DNA of 63,705 nt, counting the filler, from Octopus bimaculoides (Eukaryota), in NCBI RefSeq assembly GCF_001194135.2. It is 4 parts of 4 records of this genome, joined end to end, with 100 filler letters (N's around TTAATTAATTAA, not from the genome) between each part and the next. Parts side by side here need not be neighbours in the genome. Positions count along the whole stretch, not along the records: positions 60,204 to 63,705 come from NW_026305254.1; 3 more parts are not named here. One strand, written 5' to 3'. The position numbers were made by a program, and so were the translations under genes. Every line of letters begins with the position of its first letter. Positions within the stretch are counted from its first letter, which is position 1. The notes under the pieces were generated by a model. It was not told the origin of the DNA. It saw only the letters and a list, made by a program, of their open reading frames with translations, and did not search any database. This document shows, in pieces, positions 62,950 to 63,705 of the stretch.

Positions 62950-63380
62950 TATAATTCCATTGACAATCAGACTGCTTCAAAGCGCCATTGACCGTGTTCC
63001 AGTATTTCCCAGCTACTTCATATTATCAACCTCAGAAAGATGAAAAGTTAGTGTTAGTCATCTATTAAAATTCCATTGACATCCAGGAATACTAAATCTG
63101 CACCAGTACTTCGCTACTACTTTATTTTATCTATTCTTAAAAGATGGAAGGTATAATTTACCTGTGTTCTCTTTTATAATTCCATTCACATTTACGTTTA
63201 TTTATTTTATTTTTGTCAACTCCCAACAATGAAAGGTAAAATTAGCTTTAGTCTTCTGTTATAATTCCATGGACAATGAAGATCTTTTATGAGAATATTA
63301 AATCAAACCCCAGTATATCACTGCTACTCTGTTTTATTGGCCCCAAATCATTGAAAGAAAATGTTGACCGTGAGCTGAGA
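62950..63380. repeat. Four degenerate tandem units starting ataattccat(t/g)gac, each with a SINE-B-like core
   Basis: Unit starts at about 62950, 63066, 63173 and 63259. Confidence 0.5.
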
Positions 63381-63705
63381 AGTTCATAGACTATGAAAGA
63401 GTAATGTCAGAGCTGTGAAATCTTGCATGGGTTAATTTCAACTCCTCTTATTGAGGATTGCATTGTTTCTTTCCTGGTAAACTGACATCTCACTATTAAA
63501 AGAAGACTTCAAAAGTAACTGGTAGCAAGTTCTCTTGGAAATCAACCAAATTTGGCTTTGCAGTGTTATCAAGTATTTGCAGAAAAAGGGCTTTAGCCCC
63601 CCAAAACATTCCTGCTGACATAGTTGCTACATTAGGGGATGGACACTCCAGTTTTTTCAACATCACAAACGTGAGCAGCTGAATTTAGGAGGGAGAGGGA
63701 GAGTT

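Overview
Eukaryotic, AT-rich, gap-ridden draft-assembly sequence; it is not prokaryotic, and I see no CRISPR array, operon, rRNA or intact tRNA. The repeat content (tRNA-derived SINEs, RTE, CR1, R4/Dong and Penelope retroelements, mariner and hAT relics, dense microsatellites) resembles an octopus or other coleoid cephalopod genome. That assignment is inferred from repeat style, not from a database match. I could not identify any intact protein-coding gene; every recognisable ORF is a decayed transposable-element fragment. Most interesting signals: (1) about eight minimal type I hammerhead ribozyme motifs in Penelope-type terminal repeats, including a fold-back dimer at 59.6-60.1 kb with a canonical hammerhead on one strand and a decayed one on the other, and a family with a U4-to-C core variant; (2) a SINE whose 3' tail matches the 3' end of a CR1 LINE in the same window; (3) a nest of R4/Dong fragments in (TAA)n arrays at 54-57.7 kb; (4) a CpG-depleted domain of about 17 kb (24.4-41.3 kb) with candidate small exons and an NRF1-like motif at its edge, suggesting an unannotated methylated gene body; (5) a G:U-rich long RNA hairpin at 21.2 kb. 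SINE family labels A, B and C are my own working names. Coordinates were counted by hand and repeat boundaries are approximate.
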